Source of the DNA: an uncultured Acidobacteriota bacterium
GTDB lineage: Bacteria; Acidobacteriota; Thermoanaerobaculia; Multivoradales; JAHEKO01
Length of the DNA: 64,000 nucleotides
NCBI GenBank assembly: GCA_963713825.1
Contig: CAVQNG010000004.1
Location: 160,001-224,000 of the forward strand
Direction of reading: 5' to 3'
Part shown: one piece after another, positions 29,717 to 39,299 of the stretch
Numbering within the stretch: position 1 is the stretch's first letter
Layout: each line of letters opens with the position of its first letter
Position numbers and translations under genes: made by a program
The notes under the pieces: generated by a model
What the model saw: the letters and a program-made list of their open reading frames with translations, nothing else
Database searches by the model: none
Told to the model about the DNA's origin: nothing

Positions 29717-30403
29717 ATGTGCGGAAGGTATACCCTCTCTACCCCATCCGACCTCCTGGCTGACCTGATGGAGGTTCAGGAAACGCCTCAGCTGTCACAG
29801 CGGTTCAACATCGCTCCGACCCAAGAAGCACCGATCCTCCGGCTGGCCGATGACCCTTCGCCCCACAGGGAGATCGTGCTTCTCAAATGGGGACTGGTTC
29901 CCTTCTGGGCCAAAGACCCGACGATTGGCAATCGGATGATCAACGCGAGAGCCGAAACCGTGGCCGAGAAGCCCTCTTTCCGTGACAGCTTCAAGAAGCG
30001 CCGGTGTATTGTGCTGACGGACGGCTTCTACGAGTGGCAGAAGACCGGGAGTGGCAAGCAACCCTACTTCTTTCGACTACAAAGTCAGCAGCCCTTCGGC
30101 ATGGCCGGCCTCTGGGACCGATGGGAAAAAGGCGACGGCCAACCCCTCGAGACATTTTCAATCCTGACTACAGAACCCAACGAGCTGGTGGCTACCGCTC
30201 ACCATCGAATGCCTGTCATTTTGAATCCGCGGCAGATCGAGCTCTGGCTCGACCCCGCAACCGACAGTAGCTCGGCGTTCGGCCCCTTTTGGGACCCCTA
30301 TCCCGCCGCGGACATGCAAGGATTTCCCGTCAGCACCTACGTCAACAACCCGGCGAACGACACGCCCCGATGCATCGAGCCCCTGAAGCTCTCAGAGGGT
30401 TGA
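29717..30403 (+). CDS. SOS response-associated peptidase (SRAP/YedK/HMCES, abasic-site processing)
   Basis: N-terminal MCGRY, RFNIAPTQ, WGLVP, INARAET, GFYEW, HHRMPVIL. Confidence 0.93.
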   Translation: MCGRYTLSTPSDLLADLMEVQETPQLSQRFNIAPTQEAPILRLADDPSPHREIVLLKWGLVPFWAKDPTIGNRMINARAETVAEKPSFRDSFKKRRCIVLTDGFYEWQKTGSGKQPYFFRLQSQQPFGMAGLWDRWEKGDGQPLETFSILTTEPNELVATAHHRMPVILNPRQIELWLDPATDSSSAFGPFWDPYPAADMQGFPVSTYVNNPANDTPRCIEPLKLSEG

Positions 30404-31675
30404 CAACATCTCGCGGGCCGTGGCCGCTTCAGGATCATTGGGAGCCAACTCCAGGAATCGCTCCAACAGCTCTTTAGCCTTGACCGTGTCACCCTTGCCT
30501 AGATAGCAGAGACTCAGCATGTAGTGGGCTTGGCCGTTTTCGGGCTGGGCATCGACCACCTTCTCGAAAATCCCCTGAGCCTGTTCAGCCTCCCCGCTGT
30601 TGAAGTACGACACGCCAAGGTCCATCAGGACTCCACTGATGAACTGAGGGTCGCCTGCCTTCAGGGCTTCGAACATCGCTTCCGCCTCGTCGTCCTTGCC
30701 CTGAGCGCGCAGAGCCAGGAACATGACGCCCATCGCCTCGTAGTAATTGGGATCGATCTCCAGCGCTCGGCGACCGTTCTCGACGCTTTCGTCGAACCGG
30801 CCCAGGTCGAAATAGACCCGCGTGAGGGCCGAATAGGACGCCACAAGCTCAGGCGCCATCGTCTTGGCAGCCTCGAAGTCGGCAGCTGCCCCTTCGAGGT
30901 CTCGGGCCTCGGTCTTTGTAACGCCGCGATTGAAGACCCGTCGGGCCGTATCAGGCCCCGGGCTCCTTTCCACCAGGGTATCCAAGACTCTGTATTGGTT
31001 TTCAACATCGCCCAGGGCCCGATACGAGTCGTACTGGATCTCGAGGTTCATGGTTTCGTCCGGGTTGATCTCCAAGGCCTTCTGCGCTTCGGAAGCGGCC
31101 CCTTCCCAGTTCTCTTGCCGGAGATAAGTCATCGCCAGCGCCATGTGCACCTCTGCCAGCCCGGGCTCCAGAACTACGACCTCCTCGAAGTTCGCCGCCG
31201 CAGTCTCCAGATCACCTGCCGCATAGGCTTCGGCGCCTTTTTCGTACAGCCTACCGGCCTGTCCTCGGGCGACGCCACCAGAGGCAGGGGCAGCAGCCGA
31301 AGAGGGGCTCGAGCTCCCCCCGCTCGGCGGTCCTCCCGATCCCGGCACCATCGTCCACTCACGACGCATCGTGTCGCCGAGAGGGAGACGGAGCGGCTCC
31401 TCGATGGTCTGAAAACCGTCTTTTTCCATACGAAGCAGATAGTCCTTGGTCGCGTCCAGGAGCAGCAGCGTGAACTTGCCCTTCTTGTTGGTAGTTCTCT
31501 CTTGCGTGACATCGAAGCCCACGCCCGTCACCTTTATCTGGACATCGACGATCGGGTTGCCGTCGGGATCGACGATGCTGCCAACGAGTCGCCCTTCGTT
31601 ACCCGCCCAGAGCGGGACTGTCATCAGAAAGGACAGCGCCACAACCAGCAATGACGAGGTTCTCTTGGAATTCAT
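30392..31675 (-). CDS. Secreted protein, carboxypeptidase-regulatory-like beta domain plus TPR repeats
   Basis: Signal peptide; GSIVDPDGNPI...TTNKKGKF...KDGFQ; multiple TPRs ending LELAPNDPEA. Confidence 0.85.
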   Translation of the reverse strand: MNSKRTSSLLVVALSFLMTVPLWAGNEGRLVGSIVDPDGNPIVDVQIKVTGVGFDVTQERTTNKKGKFTLLLLDATKDYLLRMEKDGFQTIEEPLRLPLGDTMRREWTMVPGSGGPPSGGSSSPSSAAAPASGGVARGQAGRLYEKGAEAYAAGDLETAAANFEEVVVLEPGLAEVHMALAMTYLRQENWEGAASEAQKALEINPDETMNLEIQYDSYRALGDVENQYRVLDTLVERSPGPDTARRVFNRGVTKTEARDLEGAAADFEAAKTMAPELVASYSALTRVYFDLGRFDESVENGRRALEIDPNYYEAMGVMFLALRAQGKDDEAEAMFEALKAGDPQFISGVLMDLGVSYFNSGEAEQAQGIFEKVVDAQPENGQAHYMLSLCYLGKGDTVKAKELLERFLELAPNDPEAATAREMLSTL

Positions 31676-31706
31676 GGGTCTCCCTCCTCCTTGCAGAAAA
31701 TCATTC

Positions 31707-32963
31707 CTAGCCCTGCGATTCTATGTCGAGCGAGGCCTGAAATTCGAGCAGTTGTTGCTCGAGCTCGACCGTTCGGGGTTCGTCTGGCGCAATGCTCTGA
31801 GCTCTCTGCAGCCAACGCCGGGCTTTCCTCGATTTACCACTGGCAAGGGCCCAGCCCCCGCGCGCGGCCCAGGTCTCTGCCAGTTCCTCGCCGACTTTCG
31901 AGGCCCTCTTGTAGAAGCGGCCTGCCTCATCCAATCTATGCGAGGCTAGGCTCTGATCTCCCAACTCCAGGTAGAGAAAGGGATTCCTGTTGTCTCTTCG
32001 ATCCATCAAGTCGAGGATCTCGCGTGCCGCCTCTCTGTCCCCACGCAGTCGCATCAGCGCGAACAGGTTGTGGTAGGCCACGTGATAGTAGGGGTCGATC
32101 TCAGTCGCTCGGAGGTACGCCCTTTCGGCCTCATCGACGCGCCCCGATCTCCGCAGGGTCACTCCCAGATTGCTCCACCCCTCGACCATCGAAGGGTCCA
32201 GCCTGGTCGAGACCTCAGCCCAACTGAGCGCCTCTTCGGCCTCTCCGGCTCGGAGTTGCTCGGCCGCCCGATTGGAGTAGTAGCGAGCCAGCGCATTGAG
32301 GTCGCTGATGCGACGGGGCCGCCTTCCATCCAGATTCACGACGGCGCCGAACTCCAAGAGGTATCGGTCGGCACCGCTACCGTATCCAGCACTGACATGG
32401 CCCGACACAACGATCAGATCGCCTGACCTTCTGAACTGCTCGGCCAGTTCGTAGTTCACATAGTAGGCGGGTACACCAAGCTCACGACTCATCCCGACCA
32501 GGAGCTGGGTGAAAGCCAGACAGTTCGCTTTTCCCGACTCGAAGACCTCTTCAGCCGTAGCCGTGTAGCCGGGAATGTAGACAAGGCCCAGGCCGTCCGG
32601 TGTGATCAAGGCACTGAGCAACCGGTCAATCGTCTCCCGGTCGGAAAGCCCCCTCCTCACATTTTCTTCGAGCCAGCCCTTCATCTCTTCGGTCAGGCTG
32701 TCGGGAAACGTAACTTCGCCAGGCTCGAATCCCAGCGCCTCGACCTGGGCAGCAAGCATGGAGCGGGACTCCTGGCTGTCGACCCAGCCGGCGCCAGCGG
32801 CACTCGACGTTGCAGCACCGACTATCAACAGAAAAGGGAGGGTGGCTACTATGGCATTGACCCAAATCGAGCCGTAGCCATCTCTAGCCCGGACCCAATA
32901 CCACCAAGTCCGCCCAGGTTGAGCACTAGCGGTAACGAGATTCCTGTTCTCATTTTCGAACAT
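31707..32963 (-). CDS. Transglutaminase-like domain plus TPR protein (start uncertain)
   Basis: TAEEVFESGKANCLAF...SRELG and SGHV (Cys/His), followed by TPRs (WSNLGVTLRRSG). Confidence 0.7.
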   Translation of the reverse strand: MFENENRNLVTASAQPGRTWWYWVRARDGYGSIWVNAIVATLPFLLIVGAATSSAAGAGWVDSQESRSMLAAQVEALGFEPGEVTFPDSLTEEMKGWLEENVRRGLSDRETIDRLLSALITPDGLGLVYIPGYTATAEEVFESGKANCLAFTQLLVGMSRELGVPAYYVNYELAEQFRRSGDLIVVSGHVSAGYGSGADRYLLEFGAVVNLDGRRPRRISDLNALARYYSNRAAEQLRAGEAEEALSWAEVSTRLDPSMVEGWSNLGVTLRRSGRVDEAERAYLRATEIDPYYHVAYHNLFALMRLRGDREAAREILDLMDRRDNRNPFLYLELGDQSLASHRLDEAGRFYKRASKVGEELAETWAARGGWALASGKSRKARRWLQRAQSIAPDEPRTVELEQQLLEFQASLDIESQG

Positions 32964-33091
32964 GAACCACCCTGACAGCATCCTAGCAGCCAGGCGCCGG
33001 CACACTCCGACTTGAGTGGGATGGTATGATCCGGCCCGTCTCGAGCGCCGTACGGCACTTACAGAAGCGCTCGATCCTTCCTCCCCGAACA

Positions 33092-33961
33092 ATGAGTCGA
33101 CGACGGCCCATCCTACGCCTCCTGTCTTTGGCGGTCCTGATTCTGATCGGACCTGGCGCCCAGGCCTCGACAGACTGGTTGACGCGGGTCGACGAGGCCA
33201 GAACCGCAGCGCAAGCCTCGAATCGACTGATCCTGGTGGACCTCTATGCCGACTGGTGCCACTGGTGTAAGCGCCTCGAAAGCGACGTCTTCTCATCGGC
33301 AGAGTTCCAGAGCTATGGCGAGAAGTTCATTCTCCTGCGGGTCGACACCGAAGACGGCGCTGAAGGGGCCGAGCTCCAGGAGCGCTTCTCGGCTTACAGC
33401 TTGCCCACAATACTGATCCTGGATCACCGTCTGGTCGAGTTCGGCAGGGTCGAGGGCTACTCGCCGACCGCCCAGTTCATCGGGATTATCGAACGCGAGA
33501 TCGCAGAGTTCCGGGCTCTCGAGGCTGGCTACGAGCGCTTCTCCGATACTCATGATCCTGGAGCGTTGGCGATTCTCGCAGAGGAGTTCCACCAAAGAGG
33601 AGACGGCAAACGTGCCAGCAGCCTGTACAGACAACTGCTGGAAACCGAAGCGCTCGACGAAGACAAGGCCAACTGGACTCGCCTCCAATTAGCGGACGCT
33701 CTGCGCCTGGACGAGCAGTTCGAACAAGCGCTTCAAGAGGTAAGTGAGGCACGCAACCGTGGTCGTGTATCCGGCAGCGAAGACCTGATCGAGCGCCTCG
33801 ATCTGATCCAGGCGCAGATCTCACTCGATCGCGGTGACTGTCCGGCGGCCAAGAGCGAGCTGCACCGTTTTCTCTTGACTCATCCAGCTAGCCAGCTGCG
33901 CCCCTGGGCCCAGCAGATCCTGAACGAGCTCGAGACCGACCCATCTACATGCAGCACATGA
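33092..33961 (+). CDS. Exported thioredoxin-family protein with C-terminal TPR-like helices
   Basis: Signal peptide; VDLYADWCHWCK; SLPT cis-Pro loop. Confidence 0.85.
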   Translation: MSRRRPILRLLSLAVLILIGPGAQASTDWLTRVDEARTAAQASNRLILVDLYADWCHWCKRLESDVFSSAEFQSYGEKFILLRVDTEDGAEGAELQERFSAYSLPTILILDHRLVEFGRVEGYSPTAQFIGIIEREIAEFRALEAGYERFSDTHDPGALAILAEEFHQRGDGKRASSLYRQLLETEALDEDKANWTRLQLADALRLDEQFEQALQEVSEARNRGRVSGSEDLIERLDLIQAQISLDRGDCPAAKSELHRFLLTHPASQLRPWAQQILNELETDPSTCST

Positions 33962-35844
33962 CAAGAGTTCCCTACCGCTCCCAAATCGTGGATTCCGACT
34001 CCCAGCGAGGTGATCCTGGTCTGAGTGATCGATCGAACCACCTCCGAGCCCTGAAATGGGCAGTTCTACTCTGCGTGGCCTGGGTGGGCGTATTCAACGT
34101 CTCGGCCCTGGTTGGGCAGGGTCCACCACGAGCGGACAAGGCCAGCTTTTCGATTGTGGCGAGCAGGACTGCCGTCGAGCCCGGTGAAGAGGCGAGCCTC
34201 GCCGCGGTCATGGACATCGAGAGAGGCTGGCACACCAACAGCAACCAACCGACGTTCGAGTACCTGATCCCGACCAAGATCGCCATCGGACTGCCTGATG
34301 GCTGGCCTGCTGCTGCGCTCGACTATCCCAGAGGCGAGATGAAGACCTTCGCCTTCGCCGACCAGCCGATTTCGGTTTACGAGGACGAAGTGGCCCTGAT
34401 CGCCACCTTCACCGTTCCCAGTTCGCAGACCGAGGGGGTGGCGCCGGTCGAGGTGAAGCTCACCTACCAGGCTTGTGACGACCGCTCCTGCCTACCGCCG
34501 GTCACGACGGCAAAGACCTTCGAGCTGACCATCGGACCTGGCGGAGAACCTTCGAACCAGGCGGTGTTTCAGCAGCGCGAGGCCGAATCGAGTCCGACTG
34601 CGGCCAAGAAGGCGCCGCTCAGTCTGCCGCTGATACTGCTACTGGGCGTTGTCGGAGGCTTGATCCTCAACGCCATGCCCTGCGTCTTGCCTGTGCTCTC
34701 GCTCAAGATCTTCGGCCTGGTCAAGAGCGCCGGGCAGGGCCGTTCGCAAGTCGTGGTCGGTTCCCTAGCCACTGCCCTTGGCATTCTGATCTCGTTCTGG
34801 GCGCTTGCTCTCGCGGCGATTCTGGCCCGCTCTGCAGGCGCCGCGGTCGGCTGGGGAGTTCAGTTTCAGGAGCCGACGTTCGTCGTCGTCCTGACCCTGA
34901 TCGTGGTCCTCTTCTGCCTGAACTTGTGGGGCGTGTTCGAGATCGTGCTGCCGATGAAGTTGGCGCAGGTCGCGGATTCCGGACCCAAGGAGGGCATCGC
35001 TGGCCACTTGGTTTCCGGCCTGTTCGCCACTCTCATGGCGACCCCATGCTCGGCACCCTTTCTAGGCACGGCAGTGAGCTTTGCCCTGAGCCAACCGGCC
35101 TCGACGATCTTCGCGGTCTTTACGGCCATCGCTGTTGGAATGGCGCTGCCCTACTTCATCCTGGCCGCCGCTCCGAGGGCAGCACAGCTCCTGCCCAAAC
35201 CCGGGCCCTGGATGGACAAGTTGCGCGTGGTCATGGGATTTCTCCTCGCCGCGGCGGCGATTTGGCTGCTCTATGTGCTCGCCGCTCAGGTCAGTCGAGA
35301 ACGCCTGGCGTTCATCGAGTTGGCAATTCTCGCGCTGACCATGTTCATCTGGATCAGGCATGGCGCCGCGACGCGAGGCTGGGTAAGGAAGCTGGCTCTA
35401 GTCGGAATTGCGGCGATGATGGTTCTGGCCGTGGTACTGGCAGCCGGCGCCGACCCCGCAGCGGCCAGCCACTCGACCGCCGAGGACTCCGCCGGGCTCA
35501 TCGATTGGCTGACCTTCGATCGGCAGGAAGCCGAACGACTGGCCTCGGCCGGACTCCTGGTTTTCGTCGACGTCACGGCCGACTGGTGCTTCACCTGCAA
35601 GGTCAATGAGCGACTGGTCCTCGAGACACCCGAGGTGGCCGAAGCCTTCGAGACCCATGAAGTGATCTCCATGAAGGCCGACTGGACCACCCGGAGCGAC
35701 ACGATCACACAGTATCTCGCCGACCACGGGCGCTACGGGATTCCCTTCTATCTCCTCTATCGTCCTGACCAGGAACCACATGTCTTCTCAGAGCTTCTGA
35801 CCAAGGAAGCCGTGATCAGCGTCATCGAGCAAGCGTCACAGTAG
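33949..35844 (+). CDS. dsbD: Thiol:disulfide interchange protein, DsbD family
   Basis: N-terminal QACDDRSC, TM domain with MPCVLP and ATPCSAP, C-terminal ADWCFTC thioredoxin. Confidence 0.9.
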   Translation: MQHMTRVPYRSQIVDSDSQRGDPGLSDRSNHLRALKWAVLLCVAWVGVFNVSALVGQGPPRADKASFSIVASRTAVEPGEEASLAAVMDIERGWHTNSNQPTFEYLIPTKIAIGLPDGWPAAALDYPRGEMKTFAFADQPISVYEDEVALIATFTVPSSQTEGVAPVEVKLTYQACDDRSCLPPVTTAKTFELTIGPGGEPSNQAVFQQREAESSPTAAKKAPLSLPLILLLGVVGGLILNAMPCVLPVLSLKIFGLVKSAGQGRSQVVVGSLATALGILISFWALALAAILARSAGAAVGWGVQFQEPTFVVVLTLIVVLFCLNLWGVFEIVLPMKLAQVADSGPKEGIAGHLVSGLFATLMATPCSAPFLGTAVSFALSQPASTIFAVFTAIAVGMALPYFILAAAPRAAQLLPKPGPWMDKLRVVMGFLLAAAAIWLLYVLAAQVSRERLAFIELAILALTMFIWIRHGAATRGWVRKLALVGIAAMMVLAVVLAAGADPAAASHSTAEDSAGLIDWLTFDRQEAERLASAGLLVFVDVTADWCFTCKVNERLVLETPEVAEAFETHEVISMKADWTTRSDTITQYLADHGRYGIPFYLLYRPDQEPHVFSELLTKEAVISVIEQASQ

Positions 35845-35860
35845 TCCAGCTACCGGGCAC

Positions 35861-36802
35861 ATGGATTTCCTATTTCTGATCCTGGGTATCGGCCTTCTCT
35901 ACGGCGGTGGCGAGAGCCTGGTCAGAGGCGCTGCCAATCTCGGTAGGCGCCTGGGCTTGAGCCCGATGATTATCGGCTTGACGATTGTCTCCATGGGCAC
36001 CTCGAGCCCCGAGCTGGCAGCCAGTCTGGCCGGTGTGTTCGCAGGAGCCCCCGCCGTCGCGCTGGGCAACATCGTCGGCTCGAATATCGCCAACCTCTCC
36101 CTGGTGCTCGGGATCACGGCCGCCATCTGGCCTCTCTCTGTCGCGGCCCGCTTCATCCAACGAGAAGTCCCCTTCATGCTGTTGACCAGCGCACTCGTCT
36201 TCCCTTTGGTTTGGGACGGCAAAGTGAGCCGGATCGAAGGCGTCGTGCTTCTCGCGATCCTGGTGATCTACCTGGTGCGACTTCTCTGGAAGCAGGCTCC
36301 GGAGACGGCCACTGTCACCGCCGAGTTCGACGAGGCCTTTGGAGATCAATGGCGATCAGCCGGCATCAGCTTGCTGATGGTGGTCGCTGGGATCGCTTTG
36401 CTGGTGGGCGGAGCTCAAGCGCTCATCCAGGGAGCCGTTGGATTGGCTCGAGCCCTGGGCGTCGGTGAGCGAGTCATCGGCCTCACAGTAGTGGCCTTCG
36501 GCACGAGCCTGCCCGAGCTCGCCAGCAGTCTGGTGGCCGCAGCCCGAAAAGAAGGCGACATCGTCATCGGCAACCTCATCGGGTCGAACGTCTTCAACAT
36601 CCTCTTCATCCTCGGTGCGACCGCCGCGGCTCGACCCATCATGGTCGTCGAGCCGATCTGGATCGATCTGATTGTGATGATGCTGGTCAGCTTGATCGTC
36701 TGGCGCTGCTTTGGAACCGGCTCCAAGCTCAGCCGGGCGGAAGCGATCTGCCTGGTCGTCGGCTACTGCGCCTACATCACCGCGCTTTTCATCGGCAAGT
36801 AG
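35861..36802 (+). CDS. Calcium/sodium antiporter (YrbG/CaCA family)
   Basis: Alpha repeats GTSSPE...GNIVGSNIAN and GTSLPE...GNLIGSNVFN. Confidence 0.92.
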   Translation: MDFLFLILGIGLLYGGGESLVRGAANLGRRLGLSPMIIGLTIVSMGTSSPELAASLAGVFAGAPAVALGNIVGSNIANLSLVLGITAAIWPLSVAARFIQREVPFMLLTSALVFPLVWDGKVSRIEGVVLLAILVIYLVRLLWKQAPETATVTAEFDEAFGDQWRSAGISLLMVVAGIALLVGGAQALIQGAVGLARALGVGERVIGLTVVAFGTSLPELASSLVAAARKEGDIVIGNLIGSNVFNILFILGATAAARPIMVVEPIWIDLIVMMLVSLIVWRCFGTGSKLSRAEAICLVVGYCAYITALFIGK

Positions 36803-38144
36803 AAGAGTCCCTGACTCGCTCTCGGAGCGCTCGAAACTCTTCGAGGCGCTGGGATAGCTCGCGCTCGAACCCTCGCTCCTGCGGGCTGTAGAAGCGGCGG
36901 CCCACGAGGTTCTCCGGCAGGCATTCGATCCCACCCACTCCCTCGTCGACCGCGGGCGCGTAAACGTAGCCTTCTCCGTAGCCAAGGTCCTTCATGAGCG
37001 ACGTGGGAGCATTGCGCAGAGCGGCGGGCACCGGCCCAGCTGGCTCCTCTTCCACCACCCGTCGAACCTGGCCGTAGGCTGCATACACGGAGTTGCTCTT
37101 CGGAGCCATGGCGAGGTAGAGCGTTGCCTGTGCCAGGGCCAGCTCGCCTTCAGGTGAACCCAGGCGGTGGTAGGCATCCCAGGCCGCCAGGGTCTGGGGC
37201 AACGCAATCGGATCGGCCAGGCCCACGTCCTCACTCGCAAACCGGACCAGGCGTCGAGCGATGTACAAAGGGGCCTCGCCCGCGGTCAGCATTCGGGCCA
37301 GCCAATACAGGGCCGCATCGGGGTCGCTCTCGCGGAGAGACTTGTGCAGCGCGGAGATGAGATTGAAATGTTCCTCGCCCGACTTGTCGTACAGCAGGAC
37401 CTTTTGCTGCACCACCCTCGACACTCTGGATGCGTCGACTCGCTGCACCCCTTCTCCAGCTGCGTCGAGGGCAACCAGCTCCACGAGATTGAGGACGTGT
37501 CGGGCATCGCCGGAAGCCATCTGCACCAGAGTCGACAAGGCGTCATCTTCGAGCTCGATCTTCAGGCTGCCAAGGCCCCGCTCCTGATCCGTCAAGGCCT
37601 GCGCGACGACCTTTTCGAGCTCGGCCTCGCTCAAAGGGCGCAGAACGACGAGTCGGCATCGCGAGAGCAGGGCGGAGTTGATGTGAAACGACGGGTTTTC
37701 GGTAGTTGCTCCGATCAGCAGGATGTCTCCGCTCTCGACGTAAGGGAGAAAAGCATCCTGCTGAGCCCGATTGAATCGATGAATCTCGTCGACGAACAGC
37801 AGCGTTCGCCGGGCCTCAGCGCCCCGCAATCGCGCCGCCTCCACCATGACCTCCCTGACCTGCTTGATTCCAGAGGTCACGGCACTGAACGGCACGTATC
37901 GGCAGGTGATCTCCTGCGCCAGGATACGGGCGATCGTTGTCTTGCCCGTGCCCGGCGGGCCCCACAGAATGAGCGAAGGGACCCGATCCTCGGCCACGGC
38001 TCGTCGCAGGTAACCACCTTCGTCGACGACTTCCTGACCGATCACCTCATCGAGGCAAGTAGGTCGCATCCGGTCTGCCAGAGGAGCCGAGCTCGAACGA
38101 TCGGGCTCTGGAGGCTCGAGATGATCGAACAGAGAGCCGCTCAT
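36789..38144 (-). CDS. rarA: Replication-associated recombination protein A (MgsA/RarA AAA+ ATPase)
   Basis: PLADRMRP, GPPGTGKT, DEIHRFN, GATTENP, ISALHKS, SEDVGLAD. Confidence 0.94.
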   Translation of the reverse strand: MSGSLFDHLEPPEPDRSSSAPLADRMRPTCLDEVIGQEVVDEGGYLRRAVAEDRVPSLILWGPPGTGKTTIARILAQEITCRYVPFSAVTSGIKQVREVMVEAARLRGAEARRTLLFVDEIHRFNRAQQDAFLPYVESGDILLIGATTENPSFHINSALLSRCRLVVLRPLSEAELEKVVAQALTDQERGLGSLKIELEDDALSTLVQMASGDARHVLNLVELVALDAAGEGVQRVDASRVSRVVQQKVLLYDKSGEEHFNLISALHKSLRESDPDAALYWLARMLTAGEAPLYIARRLVRFASEDVGLADPIALPQTLAAWDAYHRLGSPEGELALAQATLYLAMAPKSNSVYAAYGQVRRVVEEEPAGPVPAALRNAPTSLMKDLGYGEGYVYAPAVDEGVGGIECLPENLVGRRFYSPQERGFERELSQRLEEFRALRERVRDSSTCR

Positions 38145-39259
38145 TGGGCTGGCTCGTCTCGCGTCCCGCTATCCGGGGACCCCGGCATCGGCCCTTGCCG
38201 TGCCCACTCCACCAGGCCCTCACCGACGAAGATCTCGTCGAGAGGCCGGACTCGCGCACCCTTGATGAAGTCAAAGCACAGATCGGGCCGGTCCAGAACC
38301 CCTGGCTCGCCGCGATCGGCCACCAGGATGGCGATTCGCTCTCCAACCCGCAGAAAGTCGCCCGGCTCGACGGCACTCGGACCCCAGGCAGGCCCAGCCT
38401 CGAGATCGACGTCGGTCCACACCAGATCCTCGTAACTCAGCCCCGCGTGATCCAGCATTTCCCGGATCACCGTCAATTTCGAGAAGGCCAAGCGGTGGCG
38501 CGTCCACTCGGTCAGTCGATCGGCCACCGCACCGAAAGCCTGTGGAGCCACCTCGAGCTGGCTCAAGCCGAAGACCTGAGAGGGTACTTCCAGCCCAGCG
38601 GGCAGCGATGCTATCGCTGTCGGAAACTCTTCGACTTTCTCGGGCAAATCGGTCGCCTGCGGCGACCGGAGCCTCACTTCCGGTGTAATCGCACTCTGTG
38701 GTCCGAACATCTCGATGCGGACATGAAAACGCTGCGTGCCGAAACGCGGCAGTCCCGTTACCATCTCTCGGACCTCTTGTCTTTCAGCGCTGGGCTGCAA
38801 AGAACCGGGAACCGACCACGCGCGGGGCCAGTCCGAGCGGAATACTTCGCGGAAATGGAACTCCTCTAGTGCCTCAACCTCTTCCACGGCGATAAAGGGC
38901 GAAAGCCCCTCCACCGTGAACCAGAGGATCCTGGGCACTTCGTTTCGGCTCCACCTACGGATCATTTCCGCTGGGATCTCCTGGCCCTGGATTTCGAGTC
39001 GATCCGCTTCGGTGAAGTAGATCGTGTCGCCAGACCAGTCCGTGGCCTGGAGCACGGCATGCAGTTTGAACTCGGCACCGGCGGCGAGCTCGATGCGACC
39101 GGTCTTGGCGACCTCCGAGCCCTCCGGCTGCAGTGCAACCCAAGCAGCCACCGGCTCTGGCGCGAGCTGCTGCTCGACGGGGCCCGACAGCATCAAGCCA
39201 CCGACCAACACGCCGATCAACGCCACGACCGACCAATAGATCTTCTGTTCACTCGTCAT
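38141..39259 (-). CDS. Hypothetical membrane-anchored protein
   Basis: Long ORF with an N-terminal TM (YWSVVALIGVLVGGLML); coupled to rarA (ATGA overlap); the ORF is open to 39292. Confidence 0.65.
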   Translation of the reverse strand: MTSEQKIYWSVVALIGVLVGGLMLSGPVEQQLAPEPVAAWVALQPEGSEVAKTGRIELAAGAEFKLHAVLQATDWSGDTIYFTEADRLEIQGQEIPAEMIRRWSRNEVPRILWFTVEGLSPFIAVEEVEALEEFHFREVFRSDWPRAWSVPGSLQPSAERQEVREMVTGLPRFGTQRFHVRIEMFGPQSAITPEVRLRSPQATDLPEKVEEFPTAIASLPAGLEVPSQVFGLSQLEVAPQAFGAVADRLTEWTRHRLAFSKLTVIREMLDHAGLSYEDLVWTDVDLEAGPAWGPSAVEPGDFLRVGERIAILVADRGEPGVLDRPDLCFDFIKGARVRPLDEIFVGEGLVEWARQGPMPGSPDSGTRDEPAQ

Positions 39260-39299
39260 GAGAAGCCGCCTCGCGACGAAGGTGGGTGACAAGCTCGAG

